Assembly (NCBI GenBank): GCA_043228905.1
Contig: JBHGNT010000002.1
Coordinates: forward strand, 18,848,001-18,912,000
Direction: 5' to 3'
Source: Azolla caroliniana
Taxonomy: Eukaryota; Plantae; Polypodiophyta
Length of the DNA stretch: 64,000 bases
Made by a program: the position numbers and the translations under genes. The notes under the pieces were generated by a model, which was not told the origin of the DNA, ran no database searches, and saw only the letters and a list, made by a program, of their open reading frames with translations. Of the stretch, positions 1-13,110 are shown piece after piece. The stretch's first letter is position 1. Each line of letters begins with the position of its first letter.

Positions 1-3000
1 GGCCCAACCCGGAAGACGCCGACTATGCAACATGGGAGCAAGTGGCAAGCTGAGTGATGTATTGCTTGGCGACATGTGTTCACGACCACATGCTCGGGTA
101 CATTCGAGAAGCCAAGATGCCGAAGGAAGCGTGGGAGAGTCTACGAAAGATTTTTGCCGCCAACACGACTGCGAGGAAGCTTCAACTACGCCAAGAGTTG
201 AATAATATCCAACAAAGGGATATGTTTTGAAGATCGAGGAGCTTTGCAACTCGCTCGGCTCGATAAGCGTAAACGTGGAGGATGACGAGATGGTGCAAAT
301 ATGCCTCGACGGCCTTGCACCACGATTCGGTGCGATGCGGACCGCCGTACTAGCACGGGAGCCCTCGTTCTTCGATCTTCAATCCATGTTGTTGGTCGAA
401 GAAAACCATGTTCGAACAAGGAGTAGCGCCCTAGAAGGCCAAATGCTCTACACGCACTTGGATGGAGGAAGAGGACGCGGCCGTGCAAGAAGAGGCCGAT
501 TCGGCCAAGGACGAGACAGACGAGGCTCGAATTACGAAAACAACTCGCAATTTTGGCATCAAGAAGGAAGCCATCGAGGAACCTTCGGAAGAAGGGGAAG
601 CTTCTATTCCGGTCTGAACCGACAAAGCTTGGTCAAATGCGGATATTGCGGGAAAATCGGTCACCACGAAGAAGAATGCCGTAAGAAGATACGCGAGTCG
701 ACTTCCCTAGTTGACAACTCACCAACTACGCCATCAACTCTGACTATGACGATCGTGGCGGAATGTTCGTGATGAGACATAGAGCGAATTCTATGTCGGC
801 CTCTACTTCTACTAATGCCTCCGGTCTGGAAGACGTATGGTTTGTCGATTCCGGTGCCTTGAACCATATGATGTCGCATCAAGAATGGTTCCGAGAACTT
901 TGAGAGCTGGATTGACCCGACTATGTCGAAACCGGAGACGATACTACGCACCCGATTCAGCACATCGGCAATGTTCCATTCGGAGAAGAAGGTAGGCAAA
1001 ATTATCTTAAAAATGTCTTGCATGTACCAACTATCACGAAGAATTTGGGCTCCGTCGGCCAAATTGTAGAGCAAGGAATGCAAGTACGATTTAATCAAGG
1101 CAGTTGCTTCATCGAAAAAGAGGGCCGAATGTTCACTCGTGACTCACACAGAGATGAAATCGGCCATGTTCGCAAAGGGCATGAAAGCCGATTTCGACAT
1201 AGAGTTATAGCACAAGCGGATCGGCCATATCAACCTCCAAAAGCTCAAGGCACTGCAATCGAAAGGAGTCGTCATCAGGCTCCCGACATTCATGGAGAAA
1301 GAGATTGAAGGCGTGTGTGCTGCTTGCGAATTCGGCAAGCAACATTGGCACCCATTTCCGAAGGAGCGGAACGTGAGCCTTTTACTTGACGTAATTCATT
1401 CCGATGTATGGGGTCCGGCTCAAACGGTGACATTCGGTGGATGCCGATACTACATGACCTTCATCGACGACTTCTCTAGGCACACTTGGATCTACCCGAT
1501 GCGACAAAAGAGCGAAGTGCTCGGACACTTCCAAAAATTTAAGAATGAAGCCACGGGCCGACATGTACGATGTCTTTGGTCGGATGGAGGCAACGAGTAC
1601 TTCTCTGATGAATTTTTGGCATTTCTACGGAAAGAGGGAATACGGCGAGAGTTTTCGTGTCGACATACGCCGCAACAAAATGGAGTGGCCGGACGCAAGA
1701 ATCGGCACATCCTCGAAGTGGCACGGGCTATGCTTAACGAAAAGCACATGCCAAAATCGTATTGGGTGGAAGTAGCTAACACGGCCGTCTATCTCATGAA
1801 TCAGTGTACGACATCGGGTGTGCACGAACTTACTCCTCACGAGAAGTTCTTCGGAAAGAAGCCGAACCTATCACATGTTTGGATATTCGGCTCCATTGCG
1901 TACGTGCACATCCCCGACGAGAAGCGTCAAAAGCTCAACCCGAAGTCAGAGAAATGTATCCTCGTAGGATACTCACTGGAGCAAAAGGGGTACAAGTGCT
2001 ACAACCCCTTAACTCGAAAATCTCGAGTAAGTCGAGATGTCGTTTTCGACGAGTTCGCATCCTGGTACGCACCACAGACAACTTTGACTTCGATTCCGCT
2101 CGACAGGGAATCCGCCGAGCAAGAGATAGAGGATGACGATTGCCTTACGCGCATGTTCGAAGAAAGTCCGATCATGACCCGACTGAGTGGACCACAAGAG
2201 CCTTTGAGCGATCAAAGCACATCTCGACCAAGTCTGAAGTTGGACAAAGGGAAGGCCAAAATGCCGGAGTATGAAGACGCTCATTTCAATGGCAACGAAT
2301 CGACTGACTCCCTCCATAGTGAGTTCGAAGACCTTGACATCCGGACAAATGGAGTGAAGAAAGCCTTAGAATCCGCAAACGAGAAGCTATGCCGATCCAC
2401 TCGTGAAAAGAACCCCGTAAGCCGCTTCGGCTATGATGAGTATATGGCATACCATTACGCCTTTATGATGAAGGTTGCAACAGTACGGGAGCCGGAAACC
2501 TTTTCCGAAGCCGTGAAGGACCGGCGATGGATCAAAGCAATGAACGAGGAGATGCGTGCACTATGCAAGAACAACACATGGGATATCGTTCCCCACTCAC
2601 CACACAAGAAGGCAATAGGCTACAGATGGATCTACAAGGTGAAGTATAATGCTGATGGCTCCGTCAATCGCTACAAAGCTCGACTCGTAGTGAAAGGATA
2701 CACGCAAACACATGGAGTTGACTACAAAGAGACCTTTGCCCCGGTGGCAAAGATGATGACTGTGCGGACCATGATCGCACTTGTAGCGGCAAAAGGGTGA
2801 CACTTCCCCAAATGGATGTAAAGAACGCCTTTCTTCAAGGTGAATTGGAAGAGGAGGTGTACATGGTCCAACCACCCGGCTTCGAATCCAACATCCATCT
2901 GAAAGCTGTATGTCGACTCAAGAAGCCTCTCTACGGCCTTAAGCAAGCACCACCGTGCTTGGCATTTTTAGATTACGCAATATCTTCATCAAATCGGCTA

Positions 3001-4560
3001 AATCAAATGTCGAAATTCGACAACTCCCTCTATGTACGAAACGAGTCTAAAAGCCCAATTTTCATCATTCTATACGTGGATGATCTCGTTATTGGAGGTG
3101 AGCATTTAGTTGACATCAACAAGGTGAAGTCCCTCGTCTCCAACAAATTCGAGATGACGGACATGAAGGAGCTACACTACTTCCTAGGCATCGAGGTGAT
3201 TCGGAATTCGGCCGGCATTATGATCTCTCAATGGCACTACATTCTCAACTTGTTATACAAGTTCGGGATGATGGAGTGCAAATCGATTGCTACGCCTCTC
3301 GATAGAAACCTCAAACTAGATGCCAACTCCGACACGAACGAGTGCGATCCAACTCAATATCGACAACTGATTGGGAGTCTCATCTATCTTACGATCACAC
3401 GACCCGACCTTAGCTATCCGATCGGACTCCTTAGCCAATTCATGCAAACTCAGCGAGATATCCATTTCGATTGCGCTAAGCAAGTATTACGATATGTGAG
3501 CGGAGCAATGGATTATGACATTCTCTACAAATCGGCCACACCAATACGACTCGAAGGATACACGGACACGGATTGGGTTGGCTACAAAGTTGATCGACGA
3601 TCGGCCTCCGGATTTTTCTTCTCCCTCGGTAATGGATCGATTTCGTGGAGTAGCAAGAAGCAACCTACCGTTGCTCTTTCGAGTACGGAGGTGGAATATA
3701 GGGGCACAACCGTAGCTGCATGTGAAGCCGTATAGCTTAAGAGGATTTTGAAGGATCTAGGCATTCCCATCAAGGATCCGACTCCCCTTTACTGTGACAA
3801 CATGAGGAGTATTTGTTTGGCTCGGAACCCGGTGTTCCATATCGAAGTGCACTATCACTTCATTCGAGAACGTGTTCAGGCCGGAGATGTCGACCTTTTA
3901 TACATCAACACAAATCTTCAAAAAGCTTCGGCAATTCATGTCACACCTTGGACTGATGATCCCTGACTTGCCAAGCTTGAGGTGGAGTACAAGCGAGAAT
4001 CGGATACTGACCGAATTGGATATGAGCCGAAACGGACAACAGAGATCATCTGAACTGGATACCAGCCGAAACGGACATCAACCGAAAGGAACCGACCCGA
4101 GTTGAGCTTGAGGGGGAGTGTTGAGAATCAAGCTCAACATAGAGCAACGTGTGAACACACCTTTTGAGAATCTATGATTACTCAAAGGTCAAGAGTCACA
4201 CCACCACTCTCTACACATTAAACTATGTGTCATAGATTCATATTCTATGACACATAACTAATGGTTCCATATTCCCCATGACCGTAAGACTTCACATTCC
4301 TCAAGGCTCTAGTAAGAGAGTGAATGTTGTAGTGAGTAAATGAAGAGAGAGGGTGACTCTATATAAAGCACCCTCCTACTCCATATTAAGTCGGTTGTGA
4401 CTCCTTGTAACGCTATTTTGTATCTCATATTCTACTTGTTAATATACATCTCCTTCTTCTTCTTGAGTACTTCATATTGTCTCTTATCTATCTTGTGTTT
4501 CTCTCATCTCCTCTCTTCTCTCACACATACACACATAACTCACATCTCTTCCGCTTCACA
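1..4560 (+). mobile_element. Ty1/copia LTR retrotransposon, degenerate, 5' end outside window
   Basis: gag with CGYCGKIGHHEEEC zinc knuckle, protease WFVDSGA (~838), integrase (HSDVWGP, TPQQNGVAGRKN), RT (YVDDL), RNase H (ALSSTEVEY) in copia order with stops and frameshifts; PPT AGGGGGAG 4111-4118 then LTR. Confidence 0.95.
4119..4560 (+). repeat. 3' LTR of the first copia
   Basis: Starts TG directly after the PPT, TATA-like ctatataaag ~4358, ends CA where an opposite-strand gag begins. Confidence 0.8.
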
Positions 4561-5425
4561 AGAATCACCATCGATTCTTTACACGAATAGTTTGCCGTAA
4601 TCATCGTATTCGGAGTTGATAGTGTAATTCGTGTGTTGTCGACTTGTGGAAGCCGACTCACTTATTCTTTTTCGACATTCCTCCTCGCGGTGGCCGATAT
4701 TGCCGCAATAGTTGCAAGTTGTGGGCCTCATTTGCCGACCATGCTTGGCGTGGAAGCTCCCCCCTCTTTTGAAGGTTCCTCGATGGCTTCCGTGAAGGTT
4801 TGATTTCCCTTTGTGTGATGGGTTGAATTGACCTCTTTTACCACTGTAACCTCTTCCTCGGCCACCATCCGAATTCGAGAAGAACATTTGTCATTCCGAT
4901 GTCTTGGTTTTGGTTTGGACGTGGTTCTCTTCAACCATTAGCATTGATTGAAGTTCGAAGAATGAGGGAGGGTTTTCCCTCGCCAAGATTGCCGTCATCA
5001 ACGAGTCGAATCGTTGTGAGAGGCCACCCAAGCATACTTGAACCATTTCGTCTTCGTCGACGTTTATTTTGATGGAACCAAGCGAGTCGCAAATGCTCTT
5101 GATCTTGGCGGTGTAGTTCGACACGGACATGTCTTTTTGCCGAATGTTGTTCAACTCTTGTCGGAGTTGAAGCTTTCGAGCGGTTGTGTTGGTGGCGAAC
5201 ATTTTCTTTAAGTTCTCCCACGCCTCTTTGGGCGTATTGGCGTCTCGAATGTGGCTAAGCATGTGGTCGTGGACACATGTTGCCAAACAATACATGATTC
5301 GACTCTCCGCTTGCTCCCATGTTGCATAGTCGGCATTTTTCGAGTCGGGTCGATTTTCTTGGGTGCCGTTGATGTAGCTCCAATACCCTTGGTCGACGAG
5401 GTATTGGGTTATCTTTTACTCCCAA
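4561..5425 (-). pseudogene. Copia gag fragment (same lineage as 1-4560 and element E), truncated both sides
   Basis: ORFs 4891-5295 and 4579-4887: TTARKLQLRQELNNI, LQSMLMVEENH, CNYCGNIGHREEEC. Confidence 0.9.
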
Positions 5426-6148
5426 TGATATGATGAGTAAGGAAGGACAAGGAAGACAACACTAGCATAAACAACAGAAACATAAGAGAAGGCTCACAGA
5501 CAAAAGGAATAAGGAAGACGAAAGTGTTATGTCAGATTGTCCCTCCTTGTGGGAAGTTGGTTGGCCGAAATAGGATTCGATCAAATGGAACTCCGAACGA
5601 ATGTATTCATATATATGTGTAGGAGATGAGTTAGTATATATAGGAAGAGTTGTATTGGTTGCGTGTGCATGTGGGATAACTCACTGAGAGTAAAAAGAGT
5701 GAGAGCAGCACTAAAGTATACAGAAGTGAGTAAGTGAGCGTGTGTGAGATATATAGAAGGTGTTGCAAGAGAAGAGTCACATAGAGAACGACAGAGCGCG
5801 AACACAGTAGTGGCTGTGCGAGTGCCATAGCTCAGAAGCTGAGCGTGAGAGGAAACAAAGGAAGAAGAGTGTAACACAAAGAAAAGAAAAGACAAATCAA
5901 GAAGCCGTGAAGGTGTCGAAACAAATAGATACCTACGAGTTAGGGTTTGGTGCACTCAACTGAAACTGTGGTTTCAGAGTACATCGATACCAAATCAGGT
6001 TCTATCATTCCATGCTTTATATTTCTTCTTGTCTCATAGTGGGAATTTCTGTTCCCCGTGGTTTTTCCATGAAATCAGGGTTCTCCACGTAAATCGTGTG
6101 CTCCTTGTTTTTCGTTTGGTTTGTGTCTCAATATATTTGTGGTTTACA
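5426..6148 (+). repeat. Probable solo or orphan copia LTR
   Basis: TG start where the gag breaks off; contains CCCGTGGTTTTTCC..GGGTTCTCCACGT motif shared with the H and F LTRs; no TSD or PBS found, ends uncertain. Confidence 0.45.
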
Positions 6149-6539
6149 TCCGAGTAAAATCTATGAGAAAGAAGGAAGAAAGACGTTTGTCAGTTTTCTA
6201 CATAAGAAGAGAGAAGAATCCTTAGATTCATGGTTGTACCTACTTACCCTCAACCATCCAACATCTTCTTCTGCTATGCTTCACCATAGGTGACCGTTTC
6301 TTCTTCTTTCCCCCTGTCAGAAATACTCTTCTTTCCCCAATCCTTCCACTCCAACCATGCCCGTATGCTTTCTTCTTTCCAGATCATCTACCCACTTTCC
6401 ACTGACTCCAGGAAGCTCCCCATTTCAAGCTTTCATGGCTTCTTCAGTCCCAAAATCCTGAAGCTGCTGACCTCTACTTCATCCCCACCTTTTTATTTAT
6501 CATCGTCATCTTCTTCTCTGCAAATCTAAACACTAACTG

Positions 6540-6930
6540 AGCGGCCAAGTGGCGGCGGCGATTGACTGAACGGCAGCCAAGCAAAGGCCGGATAGGAACA
6601 GCCGAACAGCAGCCAGGTGGAGCCCGGATAGCAGCGGCTAATGGCCGGACAGCAGCAATTGACCAGACAGCGGCCGAGTGGCGGTGGTGATTGGCCGGAC
6701 TGTAGCCAACATTGGCTGAGTGGTGGCCAGACAGCGGACGGACAACGGCTAAACAGTGGCCAAGTGGTGGCTGAACAACGGCGATCGGCCGAACAGCGAC
6801 CAGACAACGGACGAACAGTGGCCAAGTAGTGACCGAAGAACAGTGATTGGCCGAATAGCAGCTGAGTGGTGGCAATTGGCTGGACAGTGGCCGATAACGG
6901 TCGCGTGGTGGTGGCTGTGGTGGTTGCCGG
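6540..6930. repeat. GC-rich degenerate short-motif array (GGCCGAACAGC-like)
   Basis: Many imperfect tggcc/ggccg-aacag copies in an AT-rich context. Confidence 0.5.
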
Positions 6931-7473
6931 TTGCTACCTTAAAGCATAAGTAATGAAGGTTAAACTCTCAAATTGCAGTTGGATGTTATCGAAAGATTGC
7001 CATGGTAATTTTATACGGCTTATAGTAACTAGGTTCTATGTGGCCTTACGAATTATTCCTTTGAAGTGAATTGTTGCATTCAAATATCTTGTTGGTAGGG
7101 TTGAATCTTCGTGGGAAGAATGCATTGTAGATCGAAGAGGAACATAACGCATTTGAGGGGAAAAATGGCTGCCATTGGCCATTCAACTTGATAAATGGTT
7201 GATGAATAATGTGTACATTATCTTTTATCTTGTCCTTCAACTTGTATATGCTATCAAATGAAAGGTGTTGCTAAAAATGATATCATAGTAAAGGATGACT
7301 TTGTACGATTCTTTCATTGAGCCAACATCAATATATGTATTTATATCTATATATATTAATACTCGCAACATAATTTGAATTGTGTTTCCATTAGAAGCAA
7401 ATGGATACATTGGAGTACCCCTACTTGAGAGGTCTTTGAACTTTGGATTGCATTAGTTAGTGAAAAAAAACGT

Positions 7474-9321
7474 TTACAATTGTGCATTTATCCTTTCTTC
7501 AACAAAACTTCTAATGGAGAATGCCGTACATATGACCCCAACAACAAAAGATACGAGAATCAAACTGATACAAAAAAATACCTCGAGGCGTGGTAGACAC
7601 CCTCTCATGAGTCGAAGGTAGAGCAAGCAAGGAAATATGATGCATATGCTAACACTAAAGGTTGATCCAATGAGTGCAAGAATGTAGCTAAAGAATGGGA
7701 ATAACAAAGCAACTAAAAAGACAGAAAATGTAATGGTTGTGCGAGCCATAATGGATGTAGCGAGGAAGGTCCTACTTGACGGTGACAATGGGATCAGTCT
7801 ATCCACTGCAGACGACACCGGTGAAAGCAACAGAGCAAACTTTGTGATTGGTACTATTAATATTAGCCATGATGCCACCATTGAAGCTATATATTTAGAT
7901 GGTAGGTTGAGGGTGACTTGAGAATTCACATCATCACCAAACATAAATGCCCCTAGTAAACCTAACCCACCATAGCATATTGTTGCCATGCTAAAGCTAG
8001 TTGTGATGGCCTGCAAATGCAACAAATCCTTCAAATCACAACAACGTCAAGACAACATTTACAAGACGTACATAATGATACTATACAATGTGTTTATACA
8101 TCCATTAAAAATCATGATATCAAGAAGTAAAATAATATATAAAAAAATTTGATAGTTGGGTGTGATAGTGTAGTGGTCAAAGTTTAGGAGGCTTTGTGAC
8201 CCCATATGCTAGCGTTTTCATGCCTCCCTCATAAAGTTGGGGCCGTGATCATGTTTGGTTTGTGAAAAATAATGAGGGATTCCCAGTAACTTATGATGGA
8301 AGGAAGGTTCATAAATATCATTCATATTTTGACTTGAGATGTGTATATACATGATTGATTGGTAAATATCATTTCCTATTCAGTTGACATTAACAACTAT
8401 TATGTAGTTTGTCACTATTCATTCATATGTAACTAACTTTCAAAATAATGTTCGTGATGTAAAGAATCTGGAAAGCTATATATAACCTTGGTGAACTTGG
8501 TTCGATCTTTCATGGAGAGGTAAATGCTGGGAAGGACGATGTGGCCACTGTAGCAAAACAAGAAGATGGAGGTGGAGACAGGAACCTGAGCAAGGTGAAT
8601 GAAATCGAGATTTGAGCTTGAGATGGCGATATCTTCGCCCCCCACAATCGCAACCCAAATGACACACAGAATTACTGCCACTATGGTAATGGTAGAGCCC
8701 ATCGATGTAAATGACAGTGCTCGAAGATCCCGTAGCCATGTCATCGGAAGAACCACAAGCATTGCCAAGGATGTGAGAAACCAGCGATTGCTGAGAATCA
8801 TGCCAGTCTCTCTGATTTGGTACGATACAATTTGAACTAGATTGTCCGCTATAGACACTGCGTAGCTTACTAGGCACGAATAGATTTCGAGGTAGAAGAG
8901 AACGAAGAAAATGATCAATCCCTTCTTCCCGAATGCTTTTTCGGCAATGTCATCATAGGACTGGAGATCGGAGAACTTGTCTAGGCAGCGCTTGAGTAGG
9001 ATTGCAGTGTAGAAGTAGACAAGAGGCACGGGGAGGAGGGACAGGAAGATTATGCACCAGCCAGCAGTTTGGACAGCATAAGGGGATGCCAGCATTCCAA
9101 GGCCTGCACAATATATATTATATAGTGTCAAATCAATTAATTAACTTAGATTAATTTGAACATAACCATAAGCAGAGAGGGAGGAAGGTAATGTTGAATT
9201 GATGTATACCCAGAAGGAGACTAAAGCAATTGAAGAGGGCATGCAAGAAGGACGACTGAGCAGAATGAGAGTTAGAAGGATCAGAAGAAGAAGGTGGAAG
9301 AAGAGGAGAAACAGTGTCCAT
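7474..9321 (-). CDS. AVT1: Amino acid transporter, AAAP/Aa_trans family, AVT1-like (421 aa); exons 9321-9210, 9103-8487, 8010-7474
   Basis: GT-AG introns 9209-9104 (phase 1) and 8486-8011 (phase 0) give an uninterrupted frame: SSFLHALFN..LLG-LGMLASPYA..GW, YDDIAEKAFG, FCYSGH, SQVTLNLP, PFFSYILALIGS; many hydrophobic helices. Confidence 0.92.
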
Positions 9322-9343
9322 AACACAATTCACAATACAAGAG

Positions 9344-9380
9344 GAAGAAGAAGAAGAAGAAGAAGAAGAAGAAGAAGAAG
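9344..9380. repeat. (GAA)n microsatellite just upstream of the AVT1-like start codon
   Basis: Direct reading. Confidence 0.9.
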
Positions 9381-9712
9381 ATATATCTATATATACATAT
9401 GTATATGTTCGTTGTGGAAGTGTGAAAATAACAACATATAACCAGAAGTAAAGCTATTATATAGAGTAAGAAAGAAAAGATAAAACAACACCAAAATTAC
9501 CGAGGATAATAATATATATAACAAGAAGTAAATTTATTATATAGAGTAAGAAGAAAAGATAAACCAACACCAGAATTCCAAAACAACATCTTATTTGTTA
9601 CTGAGGTTCGGCCAATCAGCCCACGTCCTCCAAAACAACATGCTTTATTACCGTTGGGAGAGAAGAAGAAGAAGATATATATATGTATATGTATGTATAT
9701 ATATATATTTTG

Positions 9713-10159
9713 GCATTGTGATGTACAAAATCGTAGATAAGTTTTCATGCATCGAGAGAGACAACATTCCTTTATAAGGTAGAGCGGCTTGCCCAATGTG
9801 GACATGTTGAAACCCCTTCCTATGGCACTCAATACTCAGAAAAGATAAGATAGAGATAAGATGTCTAGAATAACAAATGTGCCTTTTCTATCGTTGTGCA
9901 TGTTTTTAAAGAGGTGGATAAAAATTGGTGTTTTGTTATTCCAAACATCTTATCTCTATCTTATCTTTTGTGAGTATTAAGTGCCATAGGAAGGGGTTTC
10001 AACATGTCCACATTGGGGAGGCGGATCTACCCGATAAAGGAATGTTGCCTATCTCGATGCATGAAAACATATGGTTTGCATTCTAATATCGTTAAATTTT
10101 TTTGTAGCAAAATCACAATTTGAATGGAAACTTATCTACGATTTTGTACATCACAGTGC
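9713..10159. mobile_element. Foldback/MITE-like element with long inverted arms
   Basis: 9713-~9875 is the near reverse complement of ~9933-10068 plus 10128-10159 (gcattgtgatgtacaaaatcgtagataagttt / aaacttatctacgattttgtacatcacagtgc). Confidence 0.8.
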
Positions 10160-10286
10160 TGAAAGGTTTATATTCCAAAACTTCTATAAAGTATATCATG
10201 TTTCTTCCCTAGGGCCTCTCTTCATTGTATTTGTTGACATGTCCGATCACTTATATTACTATTATTATTATTACTTTTATTATTAG

Positions 10287-10971
10287 TGTGCGTGAAAGGG
10301 CAAGGAACACCCTTCTTTAGTTACCCTTTTAGTTATTTTTAAAAAGGGTCTATGTAAACGCTTTTTTTTGTGTGTGAAAAGAAAAAGAAAAAGAAAAAGA
10401 AAAAGAAAAACTCAAAACATAGAGATGACCATTTTTTTGAGGAGGAGAAGAAAACGAGAAGAAGAGAGGGGCATGTGTGTAGAGCTGAGAACGACATTGT
10501 TTTGGACAGTTTGTCCTGTGGTTGTTTCCCTCATTGAGGGTTTTCCACCTTAAAATCTTGTGTCATCAATCTTGTATCACTTTGTGTATTTTGTGTTTGT
10601 ATTTGATCATTGCTTCTTAATATTTGAGCTTAAACACGATGCTTTTTACACTCTCACTTCCATTCATATCAAGTGGTATCAGAGCGAAGGTTGTGTTTCT
10701 TGCTCAATTATAAATAGAGGCAAACACATCAACAATGGTCGTTTTAAATGGCACAAACTATAAAAAATAGAGAGGTAAAATGAGAAATTTACTTTTGTAA
10801 AAATAATTGCATTTACGTGTGTTTGCATCGAATAAACGTGAAAAGAAAAGTGATGATGAGTGATCTTTTGAGAACAAACAGGTATGTGGTTTCATTCGTC
10901 GATGGGTAGGAGACAATGTCTTGAATCATATTGTGAATGAAACAAATGCAAAGACCGTTATGTACACATAA
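10287..10971 (+). mobile_element. Old Tork-like copia 5' end: LTR to 10671, PBS-Met 10674-10685, decayed gag start
   Basis: ...CA ag TGGTATCAGAGC; then MVVLNGTNY..NVLNHIVNETNA with stops; LTR start uncertain. Confidence 0.75.
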
Positions 10972-11666
10972 TGTTGGTGAGGGTAGGTCACCAATATTTA
11001 CATTAGTGAAGGGTATGTTCACTAATGTTAAAAAGGGGACCAATGATTGGATAGAAGGAATGATAAGTGCATGAACTATCATGATTTGGATAACCAATGA
11101 ATGGAGAGCCTTTTAGAAAGGCACATCTATTCAAGGGGCCTAGGAAAAGGTATAAATATGAGGCTTAGCTACCCTCATAATCACATTACGTCAGAAGGCT
11201 ACTGTCTTAGACACCGGTGGTGCGGGCTAGGCTTTCGTCTCGACAATCGTGTTTATCTCTTCCAAAGTATTAGTCATCCTAATATCTGGCGGTATGGGAC
11301 GTCGGTGGTAGGTTGGCTATGTTTAGATCATAGCTCGGGGGTGGTCGGGTTCTTCTATCCATTCTATTTTCCTTCTTTTACTTTACTTTGGTCTATTGAT
11401 TAGTAATAGACTCTTAACAGTGGTATCAGAGCATTTACTAACAATCTTTTTTTTTGTTTTGATATTTTTTGCGTGTGAACGATGGGGATCTAACAAGGCT
11501 CGTCGTGATCTTCACAGGATCAAAACAACATTCTTAACCTGATATTCTTCTTTCTCGATCTCTCTTTTCTTTTCTATGATGCTTTCTTCTTGGTCATATT
11601 AAAAGGGTATTACGTTTTCTTTTCGTTTCTTTCTTCTTTCTACCATCATACGATGTTAATCTACTT

Positions 11667-12110
11667 ATGCATCGGGTCGAGCATGTTTGCACTAATCGCA
11701 CATGCTCAACTCATGGCCCTTTCGCATATTGTGATGTATCTCCCACTCTCCCCTCTCTTGAGCCATCTCTTACGATAATAATTATTCTTGTGCATCGGGT
11801 CGAGCGTGTTTGTCCTAATCGCACATGCTCACCTCATGGCCCTTTTGCATATGATGTTGAGTATGCCACTCTTCCCTTTATTGAGCCATCACTGGGCTGA
11901 TTCTATGGGATGTTGTGGTCTTGAAGAGGTGTATGTCGCCTACCTATGCCACTCTACTCTCTATTGAGCCATCACTTGGCCGATTCTATGGGATGTTGTG
12001 GCCTTAACGAGGTATATGTCGCTTACCTATGCCACTTTACTCTTTATTGAGCCATCAATTGGTCGATTCTAAGGAGATGTGGTGGTCTTGAGGAGGTCCA
12101 TGTCGACTAC
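11667..12110 (+). repeat. Tandem repeats in the element A leader (~124 bp x2, ~85 bp x3)
   Basis: tgcatcgggtcgagc at 11668 and 11791; tatgccactc..attgagccatca recurring three times. Confidence 0.75.
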
Positions 12111-13110
12111 CTTAGGGTTTCATACCTTAAGGCATGCTTAATGATTCATACACCTAATTGATTATTATTCGAATTAATTTCTAATTACACAAATTTTCGT
12201 TTCACTTTTGTATGATTTTCTAGTAATTGTCATTTACCCACCCACAATTACCTCTCTTTCTTGCCCTTATTTTAAGTTCATCTATACTATTTATGTATGT
12301 TTAATGGTGTAACGATTCATGTAGACCATTTTTTAATATTGAGTGGGCATCATGTCGTTTTTTGAACGATTTTTTTAAACGGCTCATCTAGGTTGAACTC
12401 ATATTATTGAGCCTTAGAACTCGAGTAAAATCACATGAGTTCCCCTATTGATGTTTTACTCATAGATTTGAATTCTACATCTTTGCACACAACACCACCG
12501 CCACTTGTATCAATTTGTGGCTTAATATGTCACAATTGTGCAAATTACAACCACCATATTGGGATGTATATGTGCATACCTCGCACCATCCATTTATTTG
12601 TAACATTTTTTTTAGTAGGTAGCACATGGGTTTTTTGACCCTTGTTTTTGTCACTGCTTGATTCTTATGGGTAGTGCCTTATTTTATCGTTTTTGTCATA
12701 ACATTTGCTTGCTACTCACAAGACTAGAATATTACTTGCGAGTGCACTTGTTTTTTCACGTAATACACTTTCTCGACCATATCAATACATGTTGGGTTGG
12801 CACTCTAATATAAGGATAACTAGGAAACTACGTTGATGTTAGAACCATGGTTGAGCCTCGGGGAGCCGCCATGATTATTCAAGATAGAGATCCGAGAAAG
12901 ACATCTTAGCTATGTTTTCCCCCAATGGTTTTTAAAACACCATAGTGTTACCATAGTTATCGGATCTCGAATCACATCTCATATGTCTAGAGGGGTAAAG
13001 ACGTGAGATGCTTTCTTGGTAAAGTTCTTACAATCAAAATTTCAAGCATTCATTTTGCTTGTGTATTTTCTGAACCTCCTTATTTATATTGCATACTTAC
13101 AGCTTGCATC

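Noticed and set aside
5986-5992. GATACCA, a possible minus-strand PBS-Met
   Set aside because: Only 7 nt match and no adjacent LTR end
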